Under the pieces are notes generated by a model. That model worked only from the letters and a program-made list of their open reading frames with translations, was not told the origin of the DNA and did no database searches. A DNA stretch of 63,960 nt, counting the filler, from Octopus bimaculoides (lineage: Eukaryota), in assembly GCF_001194135.2 (NCBI RefSeq). It is 5 parts of 5 records of this genome, joined end to end, with 100 filler letters (N's around TTAATTAATTAA, not from the genome) between each part and the next. Parts side by side here need not be neighbours in the genome. Positions count along the whole stretch, not along the records: positions 13,100 to 43,303 come from NC_069000.1; 4 more parts are not named here. One strand, given 5' to 3'. The position numbers were made by a program, and so were the translations under genes. Shown here piece after piece: positions 13,800 through 25,921 of this stretch; the first letter of the stretch is position 1, and every line of letters begins with the position of its first letter.

Positions 13800-14152
13800 T
13801 GAAGTGTGTGTGTGTGTGTATATGTATGTATGTATGTGTGTGTGTGTGTAAGTGTATGTATGTATTATGTATGTATGTCTGTGTGAGTAAGTGTATGTAT
13901 GTGTGCGTGCGTGTGTAACTGTATGTATGTGTGTGCGTGTGTATAAGTGTATGTATGTATGTGTGCATGTATGTATGTATGCATGCATGTATGTATTAGG
14001 CATGTATGTGTGTGCGTGTAAGCGTATGTATGTATGTATGTGTGTGCGTGTATGTATGTGTATGTATGCATGTATGTATGCATGTGTGTGCGTGTAAGTG
14101 TATGTATGTATGTATTATGTATGTATGTATGTGTGTGTGCGTGTGTGTATGC

Positions 14153-14184
<32 letters not shown>

Positions 14185-14780
14185 ACTCATACACCAGTGT
14201 ATGAGTGTATATGGGCGTAACTCGTACACNNNNNNNNNNNNNNNNNNNNNNNNNNNNNNNNNNNNNNNNNNNNNNNNNNNNNNNNNNNNNNNNNNNNNNN
14301 NNNNNNNNNNNNNNNNNNNNNNNNNNNNNNNNNNNNNNNNNNNNNNNNNNNNNNNNNNNNNNNNNNNNNNNNNNNNNNNNNNNNNNNNNNNNNNNNNNNN
14401 NNNNNNNNNNNNNNNNNNNNNNNNNNNNNNNNNNNNNNNNNNNNNNNNNNNNNNNNNNNNNNNNNNNNNNNNNNNNNNNNNNNNNNNNNNNNNNNNNNNN
14501 NNNNNNNNNNNNNNNNNNNNNNNNNNNNNNNTGTTAAAGACGTTTGCCAGGAATGGCCATACATATATCTACACACATACATACATACATACATACACAA
14601 TGCATAAACACATACATATATACATACATACACACATACATACATATATACACACATACACACATACATACAAACGCACATACATACACACATAAACATA
14701 CACTCATACATACATGCACACATACATACATACATACATACACACACTTTAGCGCACATACACTTACAGACATATATACA
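13800..14780. repeat. Compound (TG/TATG)n microsatellite around a gap; many other (TA)n, (CA)n, (GA)n, (TATC)n and (CATA)n tracts flank gaps
   Basis: Directly visible. Confidence 0.95.
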
Positions 14781-16465
14781 TACGCACACACCAGAGTCGA
14801 TAAATAAAGTACGTGTTAAGCTTTGGCATAAATTCTTCCCTCTCTTCCTCTCCCGGAATCTCTTGTTCGCCGGAGAACGATCAAAGAACACCACTCGTAG
14901 CATTTCTTTCTTTCCTTCCTTCCTTCTTTCTTTCTTTATTTCTTTCTTTATTTCTCGCTCTCTCTCTCTCTCTACATATTTCATTCTTTCTTTCTCTCTC
15001 CCCCATCTCACTCTCTCTCTCATCCCACCCACCCCGCTCGAACGAACCAGTCTATGGTAGCAAAAAATGCAAAAAAAAAACCCCAACAAAAAAACAAAAA
15101 CAAAACTAAAAGACAAGAGCCAAGATAAACTTTAAAGTTTTACAAAGCGTGCAACAATTAATACTATATTGCGTTTTGAACAATAGAGATACACCNNNNN
15201 NNNNNNNNNNNNNNNNNNNNNNNNNNNNNNNNNNNNNNNNNNNNNNNNNNNNNNNNNNNNNNNNNNNNNNNNNNNNNNNNNNNNNNNNNNNNNNNNNNNN
15301 NNNNNNNNNNNNNNNNNNNNNNNNNNNNNNNNNNNNNNNNNNNNNNNNNNNNNNNNNNNNNNNNNNNNNNNNNNNNNNNNNNNNNNNNNNNNNNNNNNNN
15401 NNNNNNNNNNNNNNNNNNNNNNNNNNNNNNNNNNNNNNNNNNNNNNNNNNNNNNNNNNNNNNNNNNNNNNNNNNNNNNNNNNNNNNNNNNNNNNNNNNNN
15501 NNNNNNNNNNNNNNNNNNNNNNNNNNNNNNNNNNNNNNNNNNNNNNNNNNNNNNNNNNNNNNNNNNNNNNNNNNNNNNNNNNNNNNNNNNNNNNNNNNNN
15601 NNNNNNNNNNNNNNNNNNNNNNNNNNNNNNNNNNNNNNNNNNNNNNNNNNNNNNNNNNNNNNNNNNNNNNNNNNNNNNNNNNNNNNNNNNNNNNNNNNNN
15701 NNNNNNNNNNNNNNNNNNNNNNNNNNNNNNNNNNNNNNNNNNNNNNNNNNNNNNNNNNNNNNNNNNNNNNNNNNNNNNNNNNNNNNNNNNNNNNNNNNNN
15801 NNNNNNNNNNNNNNNNNNNNNNNNNNNNNNNNNNNNNNNNNNNNTATATATATATATATATTATGAAGAAATATTTTATAAAGGAACCTTAGAAAAACAG
15901 ACTGATACGAACCATTCGGAATGAAGTTTTCGTATTCTGTATAAGCGTTTTCTTTAAGTTTTTCACAAGCTTTTGAAAACGTTTCAAGAAACTAAACAAA
16001 ACAGTGAAAGCGCTTACACACAATACGAAAGCTTATTCCCAAAGTCATTTTTGTTTTTCTAAGATTTTTATGTTAAGAAAATCTTTCGTCAAATATAGTG
16101 ACATCGTGAGTACATCAATTATTTTTTACAACACTTTTTAAACACACATATACACACAAACACATATGTGTGTATGTATGTATGTTTGCTTGTTTAAAAA
16201 TCTGAAAAATCAAAGAAAACGAGTCAAACGATAGAGAAGCAGTTTTAGCGTGCGAAAATAGCATCATCAATGATGAAAAAGAAGTCAATAAGGACAAGAA
16301 AAACCCTTCAGAGAAGTAAGCCACTACAGCGATCAACCCTGGCACCAGGGCGACTAAATATTCCAGCCCCCAAGAGGCAAATGAATAAAACAGGATAGAG
16401 TTAAAGAAGGGAAGTTGACAGCATGCGAGAATTTGCGGCAAGCAATAACCTTCTCCCATGCTTAC

Positions 16466-16657
16466 CTCTATATAAACATCAGAAAGTTCAATATCACATT
16501 TGCTTATGAGAGCCTCGTTATCACGACTCCAGGTACCATTGCTTAGTAAAGCATTTTTTTTGTGGAATTTTCTGTCGTCAACCGCTTTCTTTCTCCAACT
16601 TAGGCTCCGTTTCAATCTGGGTTCCTGAGTGGGTTGTTTTGCTTTATTAAGGGCATT
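16466..16657 (-). CDS. ITPR-like: ITPR-like exon, variable region (NALNKAKQPTQEPRLKRSLSWRKK...SKCDIELSDVYIE)
   Basis: Acceptor ttacatctcccag|, donor GAG|gtaagc; 192 nt, phase 0-0, open. Support is from splice signals and phase rather than a recognisable motif. Confidence 0.68.
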
Positions 16658-19600
16658 CTGGGAGATGTAATTATATGAGATAGGGAGTAATGAGTAAATT
16701 GAGCGAGTGTAAATAATTTGAAACAAAAATTCAATTTGCGTATTGAATGATAAAGAAAATAACTGCACTGAAAAAAATAATTCTGAATATCTCCGTTCTT
16801 TCTGCAATTTAAGATTATTTTCAAGCTGGGATTCGGAACGGGCTGTTTAGTTTTATTAAGGCCATTCTGGAGGATGCAATTCAAGAGATAGGGCAAGATG
16901 GTTAAAATAAATAATTTAAAAAAAAACAATATGAAACAAAAAAAATTAAAAATACATATTGAGTGATAAAAAAAAATGGCTGAAAAAAAAAAAATTAATT
17001 GCAGAACATTTCTGCATTTTCTGCAGTTTCAGGGCATTTTAAATTTGGATTTCTGAGTGGGTCCTTCGACTAAATTAAGTGTGGACTTAATTGAATGGTT
17101 AAAACTAATTGTAATAAAAAATTATTTATATCGAATGTTAAACAAAATGGTTGTCTTCTACAAATTTTTATTCTTTCCTCGGCATTAATTTCTGTACAAT
17201 CTCAGTCCTCGGTAAGCTTTGTATCTTGTAATAATTTTTTTTTCACATTATTAAGAATATTCTGGAATAAGAGTGCATCAGGAGTAGCCAATGAAATGAA
17301 TAATTAAAGGAATTAATAAAGACTATAAAAATATGCAAAATGTCTACATGAAAAAGATTCAGATTTATGAAAGTACCTATACAGGGTGGTCCTTTTTTTT
17401 GTTGCTTTATTGAGAACATTCTGAAGTGAGATAGAGAGTGAAGAGTGAGATGGAAGACTTAAAAAGATCAAGTAAATATTCTGAATGTACAGAGAATGAC
17501 AAGCAGGATTCGTGCCTTAAAAATGAAATAAAATTTTAAATAGTTCTAATATTTCTCTACTTCTAAATTCTTCACAACTTCAGCTCCCAGAAGGGCGTTT
17601 TGTTTCATTAAGGGTCTTCTATGATTTGTTAGAGGGTGAGGAGTGAAAGGAACGTTTAAAAATGTAAGAAAATGGATGGAATACTACATAAGATAGCTGA
17701 CGTAACAAAATAGCAATTTTCGAAATAATTCTCATAATGCAATTAGCAAAGTAAATTAAAAAGAAAAATTTCCATGTACACTAAAGCGATTATTGCAATT
17801 GGTATGCTGCTTGATTACTTTACCACAAATCCACAGATTTATCAAGCAGTGAGAACAATAGATTAACATCAATTAGAGCGCCGAGATTGCGGTTTTCAAC
17901 TAAATATTTTAACGTCTAGAGATCAAATCTCATCTCGGTCGACCCCAGTCTTTTATTGATTAAATCGACAAAGGTGATCCTCAAAAATATGAGGTCTTCG
18001 GAATTAGCCGGAGCTGTAGAGCACTGTGCAAAGTGCCCTTTTGTTGTTCGTTCTTACTAAATCTGTCAAAATTCTGCATTCAAATCCGACCTAGGTCTGT
18101 TTTGTCTTATATTCTTCACTGTCGATAAAATAAATCACCAGTAAATTATTGTGGTCCATGGACATCTCCACAAAATCGTAACCATTTAAGGGGCGAGGCT
18201 TCGATTCCCACTTGCACTAATGCCTCTTTTTTGTGTCATGGGGGTTTATATGCTCTAATATTAGACTATTTTCTCTAATCAATATACGGTGAAGGCTTAT
18301 AATTCTATGTACAAATAAGATTCATAATTAATGGGCAGATAGCCACACTGAAAATTATAATACGAAAGCGATTGTGTTTCCTAAAGCTACAAAATATATT
18401 ATTCTATGCGAACAGACGACAGGAAATGTAACACAGTGTGTAGGCTGCTGTCATATAATGAAGGAACTTGTAGTTGAAGATGTAACCAGCAATAGGGTGA
18501 TGTAGGTTTGGACAACATAAAACTAGCTATTTATGTAAAATGACAAAAGAAAAGTAGGAGTTCTATGAAGATAAAATGGCGGAAAATTAAACGATGAATA
18601 AAGAAAGATGAAAAAAAAATGAAATAGTGTTTTATGAGAAGGCGACATTTTGGCACAAAATGGAGCAATGGATGCAAGCAGACGACAGGGAATTGTTTGT
18701 GTGCAGACGACACAAAATGAAATATGATAATAAATTGTAGCTTCGCATGTTTAATGCAGTATAGTACGGAAGACGAAGGAAACATCAGAAATGATACAGT
18801 AAAAAAGAACGTAGATAATATATATAAAAAAGTAAAAATAATATATGCATACCCATCCATTTAGTCTTTCATTTCGAAGTTTTGTTTCATAAAATTGGAT
18901 TTGCTGGAAAATAAAGAAAAAACAGTAAAAACAAACTAAGGTTTGGGCTTATCAAAATAATAAATATTTAAGTTTAAAACTATTTTTTTATTTCAGTTTC
19001 CGAGCATAAATTCACTCACTCATTTCTTCGATTATCCATTTTTTTTTAGTTCGTTATAATATACAGTCTATGCCTGAAAAATATATCCGGGTATTTCTCA
19101 ATATATGAAACTATTAGTAGCGCTTAAATATACGTAAATACATTATATATATATATATATATATANNNNNNNNNNNNNNNNNNNNNNNNNNNNNNNNNNN
19201 NNNNNNNNNNNNNNNNNNNNNNNNNNNNNNNNNNNNNNNNNNNNNNNNNNNNNNNNNNNNNNNNNNNNTATATACGCATATATATATGTACATTATCCAA
19301 ATTTTCCTTTCATGACAAGTGAACTGAGGACGGTTTGACTGTTATTTCTAGTAAATTGGCAGACCATGAACATACTTCTACACTAAGTTGTTATGGTAAC
19401 CATGTTGATGAAGATGGGAAAGGCAATGTTGATGCTGATGGGATGATGTGGAGAGATAGATAGATAGATAGAGAAAGAGAGAGGAGAAGGCAGAAAAGGA
19501 AGGACAGGAAGAGTGGAAACAGAATGCTACGTGTGATGGTGACGTCCATGATACTGATGGTGATGATGATGACGACGGCGATGACGATGAGAACGTCAAT

Positions 19601-21748
19601 GATGATGATGATGATGATGACGACAATGGTGATGACAGCGATGACGACGAAGATGTCAATGATGATGATGACGATGATGATGACGATCATATCACAACGA
19701 GGCCAACGTGGTCAACGACAAGGATATTGAGGATAATAACGTCGACGACGTCGAGGACGGCGACTACGACGACGCCAACGATGCTGCTGCTGCTGAAGAA
19801 GAAGAAACAATGACTAGGGTGGCGACGACGACGACGATGATGATGACAACAATGACGACCGTGTCGACGGTAAAGATGATGACGATGACGCAGATGAGAG
19901 TGGTACTTGTGGCAGCGACATGGTGATGGGGACTGACTAAAGAAGTAGTGACCTAAAGAGAAACAAAAACCATAAAAAAACCGGAGGTTCTACCCACCTG
20001 TAGTGCTTTACGACCAATTGAGAGGAAGGAGACTTGATTTGACGCTTGGTTCTGTTGTTCTCCATATCTGGTCTTTTTTTGCAGCATTAAATAACGGCTA
20101 GAGAAATGGTGGGGTGGAAAAAAAAAACAAACATAAAATATATTTGTCATACATCGGAGGCGGTGCTGAAAAGTTCCTGACTTTGAGTAAAAGAGAATAC
20201 AGATTCACACACTTATTGCAGCAGTCCTTCGGTTTTTCTAAGGCCTGTAAAAGAACTCGGAATATTGGGCCTTCAGCCAGGCGTTTCGCAATAGCCTAAA
20301 AGACAGGAACTTTTCAGCATGACCTCATACGTACAAACACACACACACACACACATATTATATATATATGTGTGTTTGTGTGTGTGTGTTGGCGGGCGCG
20401 CACGTATTATAACTGAAAGACTTCGATTTCCTGTACTCAGAGTTGCTCGATCCTGATCGTCAGCTGATAAACCGAATCTGGTTTTCTTTTGAAAATCCAC
20501 TGAATATTTTTTGAAAAAGGAAATGAAAGTTTGAACAAAACACTTATCCTTATGTTCTTTCGTTTAAAAACCTTTGTGAACGACACCTGCAAAGATGGCT
20601 GTTTCAAGATCACGCTTTTCATTTAATTTCTGGTTCTCGTGGTAATATCGTTATAAACGTCATAAACGTCCACACAATCGAAGACATGAAATTGCGTTCC
20701 TATTTAAGCAACGTTCCAAAATAATACATTTGACTAATCTTTTTAAAACATTTTGTGATCATGTAACACCAAAACTTGTGACTTCCAAACTCACCAGACC
20801 TAAATGTCATGGACCACTACTTTTGGAGAATCGACATCCTCATAACCACATAACTTAACTGAAGGTCGCCATTTTCCAGGTGATGTCCGAATGAATAAAG
20901 AACACATAGTACATGCATGTTAACGATTCTGGTGCCGAATTGAAGCACATAAGCGGATAATGAGACATGCAGCAAGTGCAATACCTGTGACAGGAATCGA
21001 ACCGACGAATCCTCGTCTGAGGCTCATCTAGAGTTAAGTGTCTTCGACAGACATGCAACAAATAAAATCTAGTACGGGTGACGGGAAAAGAGCAGAAGCA
21101 TTATTTTCTATTACTTCTAAACCCTGTCATTTCTTATTTCTATCGATTTTAAAATGCATGCTTTCCCTATGTGAAGCAGTTAACAATAAAGGAATAATAA
21201 CAATAATAATAATGATGATGATGATGATAATGATGATGATGGATATTAATAATAATAACAATCATAATAATAAAAATCCTTTCTACTATAGACACAAGGA
21301 CTCAAATTGTTGGCGAGGGGACTAGTCGATTACATCGACCCCAGTGTTTTACTGGTATTTAATTTATCGACTCCGAAAGGATAAAAGGCAAAGTCGACTT
21401 CAACTTAATTTGAACTCAAAACGTAACCGCTGACGAAATACTGCTAAGTATTTCGCCCGGCGTGCTAACGTTTCTGCCAGCTCGCAGCCCTTATAATAAT
21501 AATAATAATAACCCTTTCTATTATAGGCAGAAGGCCCGAAATTTGGGAGAGGGGGATAGTCAAGTACATCGACTCCAGGACGCAACTGGTACTTAATTTA
21601 TCGACCCCGAAAGGATGAAGGGCAAAGCCGACCTCGGCGGAATTTGAACTCAGAACGGGCGAAATACCACTAAGCCCGGCGTGCTAACGATTCTACCAAC
21701 TCGCCACCTTAATATTAGTAATAATAATATATAATAATAATAATAATA

Positions 21749-21822
<74 letters not shown>

Positions 21823-24800
21823 AATAATAACAGCAATCATAATAATAATAAGGATCATAAGAAAAACAAATGGATGATGCGAATAAAGAAAAAAACACGG
21901 AATAAAATAAACAATCAGCAAACAACCCAAAAGCTTTCATAAAAAGTGGAACGAAAGAACGAAACGTAGCGTCTAAGAGAGAGAGAGAGAGAGAGAAAGA
22001 ATGAAATTAAGAAAAGTAAAATGGAAGACACAGAAACAGAGCAGAGTTGGGGCCATGCAACGAATTGAAATGAAAAACCAAGAGAGAAACGAAAAGAGAA
22101 CCGAATGAAACTGAAGAATGAAAAGCCAAGCCGAAGGTTATTATAACTTTTATTCTTTTTCTTGTTTCAGTCANNNNNNNNNNNNNNNNNNNNNNNNNNN
22201 NNNNNNNNNNNNNNNNNNNNNNNNNNNNNNNNNNNNNNNNNNNNNNNNNNNNNNNNNNNNNNNNNNNNNNNNNNNNNNNNNNNNNNNNNNNNNNNNNNNN
22301 NNNNNNNNNNNNNNNNNNNNNNNNNNNNNNNNNNNNNNNNNNNNNNNNNNNNNNNNNNNNNNNNNNNNNNNNNNNNNNNNNNNNNNNNNNNNNNNNNNNN
22401 NNNNNNNNNNNNNNNNNNNNNNNNNNNNNNNNNNNNNNNNNNNNNNNNNNNNNNNNNNNNNNNNNNNNNNNNNNNNNNNNNNNNNNNNNNNNNNNNNNNN
22501 NNNNNNNNNNNNNNNNNNNNNNNNNNNNNNNNNNNNNNNNNNNNNNNNNNNNNNNNNNNNNNNNNNNNNNNNNNNNNNNNNNNNNNNNNNNNNNNNNNNN
22601 NNNNNNNNNNNNNNNNNNNNNNNNNNNNNNNNNNNNNNNNNNNNNNNNNNNNNNNNNNNNNNNNNNNNNNNNNNNNNNNNNNNNNNNNNNNNNNNNNNNN
22701 NNNNNNNNNNNNNNNNNNNNNNNNNNNNNNNNNNNNNNNNNNNNNNNNNNNNNNNNNNNNNNNNNNNNNNNNNNNNNNNNNNNNNNNNNNNNNNNNNNNN
22801 NNNNNNNNNNNNNNNNNNNNNNNNNNNNNNNNNNNNNNNNNNNNNNNNNNNNNNNNNNNNNNNNNNNNNNNNNNNNNNNNNNNNNNNNNNNNNNNNNNNN
22901 NNNNNNNNNNNNNNNNNNNNNNNNNNNNNNNNNNNNNNNNNNNNNNNNNNNNNNNNNNNNNNNNNNNNNNNNNNNNNNNNNNNNNNNNNNNNNNNNNNNN
23001 NNNNNNNNNNNNNNNNNNNNNNNNNNNNNNNNNNNNNNNNGAGGTACGTGGCTTAGTGGTTAGGGTGTTGGACTCATGATCGTAAGATTGTGGTTTCGAT
23101 TCCTGGACCGGGCGACGCGTTGTGTTCTTGAGCAAAACACTTCATTTCACATTGCACCAGTCCACTCAGCTGGCAAAAAATGAGAGTAATCCTGCGATGG
23201 ACCGGCGTCCTGTCCAGGGTGTGTGTGGAGGAATATATATACTCCACAGAAACCTGGAAACCGACCTTTATGAACTGGCATGACTCGATAAGGTAACCTT
23301 TACTTTTTACCTAGTTGAGACCTTCAGCGCTCTCGGTCTCCGAACCACATTTCCCTGCTCATCGCTATCGGGGCAGATATTGCTGTCCGTAAGAGGGAGC
23401 CCCACGTGTCAGAGTGGCTATGCCAGTGCATCTCCCTCGCTATCATCCGGGGCAACGCTTTTTCCATTCTGTCTGCAGATGGTATGAAGCCTTAAAATAA
23501 GATATAAGCTCTGATTCTGTTTAATAGCGTAGAATCTGAGTATTCCACTGACACACGTATCCATAGTAAGAATGCATGTCATTGGACGTACCACGTGTTA
23601 GCTTGATCAGCCACACTGTTTTGTACTGGCCCAGGGCATTCATTTTGGAGGTTTCCTCCTCTTAGATTGAGCCGAGGAGCTCAATCTACCCTTATGAAAA
23701 TCTATTTAACCCATAGATGGCACCGTGACAGGAGCTGCCGTTCTGGGTCAAAATGAACCTTGGAGAAATGGTGATTAAGAGGTAAATGTACACTACCCAC
23801 AAATCCAGAACTCCAGAACTTAAGTTCAAAGTTTAAACAATCATTTAAGATTTGAGTGACCATTAACAATTTAAGCATCAAAAGTTTAAATGACTGTTAA
23901 AAATGTTATTGGGCGTTAAATTCAACTGACCATTAAAAAGAATGTATCGCCAGTTAAGTGTGACGGTGTTAAAAGTATGAGTGATCGTTAAAAATCCGAC
24001 CGAGTATCAAAAATGTGACTGGTCGTTCATAATGGGACTAACTGTTAAAAATTTGACTGACCGTTGGAAATGTAATTGGCCGTTAAAACTCCGACTGACC
24101 ATTAAAAATGTGACCGGCCATAAACAATCTGACTGATTGTTAAAACTTTGCTGACCGTTAAAATTTGACTGACCATTAAAACTATGACTGACCATTAAAA
24201 GCCTGACTGCTTACATTATGATTGCTCGTTAAAATTGGCTTTAAGTTTCATATCTTGGCACAAGGCCAGCAATTTTAGGAGAGGGGGTAAGTCGATTACA
24301 TCGACCCAGTACACAGCTGGTACCTTATTTTATCGACCCTCGAAAGGATGAAAAGCAAAGCGGACCCCAGCGACATTTGAGCTCAAAACATAAAGTCAGA
24401 CGAAACGCCGCTGGGCATTTTGTCCGGCACAGTTCATTGCCTTATGATTACCTGTAAATATTACGGTTGATTAAGGCGGTGAGTCGGCAGAATCGTTAGC
24501 ATGCCGGGCAAAATGCTCAGCGGCATTTCGTCCGTCTTTACGTTCTGAGTTCAAATGCCATCGAGGTCGACTTTGCTTTTTATTCTTTCAGGGGCAGATG
24601 AAATAAGTACCAGTTAAGCACTGGGGTCGACGTAATCGCTTTATCCTTTAATCCGAAATTGCTGGCCTTGTACTAAAATTTGAAACTAATATTACGACCG
24701 ATTGCTAAAACTTTGTCTGACTGTTAAATATTTCACTGACGGCCAAAAAAATGTTCGACAATCCCAAGCGTTGAAAGACAGAAAAACAAATTCTCAAAGA

Positions 24801-25880
24801 ATTTATAGGAAAGAGGTGGATGATAAAGAAAATAAGATAAGAACAATATATGAATGATTACTTACTGTTCTTTGATAGAATTTGTGGAAACCTGCATTCT
24901 GTATCGAACTGCCATGAAGAATACCTCTTCTCTCGTAGACAGGAAGTAATCATACAAAGATTTCTAAGAAAAAATATAAAAATAATATATATATAGTTGA
25001 AATTTATAGGAAAATAAAAGACAAAGACAGGTGTATGAACAACAGGCAAGTGTATTAGTTTGACGCTCGGGAAAATGAAAAAGTCTTTTACGTTTCGAGC
25101 CTACGCTCTTCATCGGAAAGGAATAAGAGAAAATAAACAGAGAGAGAGAATGAAAAGAACTTGTAGATTTCAGAGGTCCAGCATGGCGAATATATATGTA
25201 TATATATAAAAGAAATAGTGGTACGATAAGGCACCAATGTTTGCTGGAAATAACTGTCGATAACGACACGACACTATGTAAAGCTTCACTGATATATATA
25301 TACTGGCAAAGGTATATGAGCGCAGCGAACACAGAAAATGTTCGTCTTACCTCAAAGCAGAATATCGTAAAAATGGACAACTCAGAATTAATAATCTAGG
25401 ACCCGAGTTTTGGACGTAAATTTGATTAGCCCTCATCAGCTACATTCACATGTGACTAAAGTGATACTATTGTATTGCAACGATATTTAAAATTTTTATA
25501 GAAAGCATTTTCATTGATCTCGGTTGTTAACGGCCAGGCGTTCAACCGAATATAATGGCAAGATGTAGCGATATTTTAAGATTTCGTCACATGTGAATCT
25601 ATATACATATATATAAAACGTCAGTAGATCATATATCCGAAAAAGAAGCGTACTCTAAAGGCCAGAGACGCAATGTATTTATAGGAAGTTAATCATATAA
25701 CTGGTCATGGTTTCACATTCATAAAGCACATGGCCTTATAGACGGCTCGTCGGACTCTAGTGACTGCAGGCATATAATCCGCGGCCATTAAAATCCCGAC
25801 GAGTGGTCTATAAGACTATGTGCTTTACAGATGTGAAACCATTGGCCACTCTATGATCGGCCATATAATTAACTTCATAC

Positions 25881-25921
<41 letters not shown>

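Noticed and set aside
13736-14807. Many ORFs of alternating residues (CVCV, HTHT, YIYI)
   Set aside because: Translations of di- and tetranucleotide microsatellites.
16216-16317. Plus-strand purine-rich stretch ENESNDREAV...NPSEK followed by GTAAGC
   Set aside because: No plausible acceptor and antisense to the gene.
22118-23135. Long ORFs made mostly of X (also 32700-33609, 39924-42944, 47490-48384, 58178-59328)
   Set aside because: They span N gaps and are artefacts.
23850-24210. Short repeated units that might suggest a CRISPR array
   Set aside because: Units are directly tandem and degenerate with no unique spacers; eukaryotic context and no cas genes.
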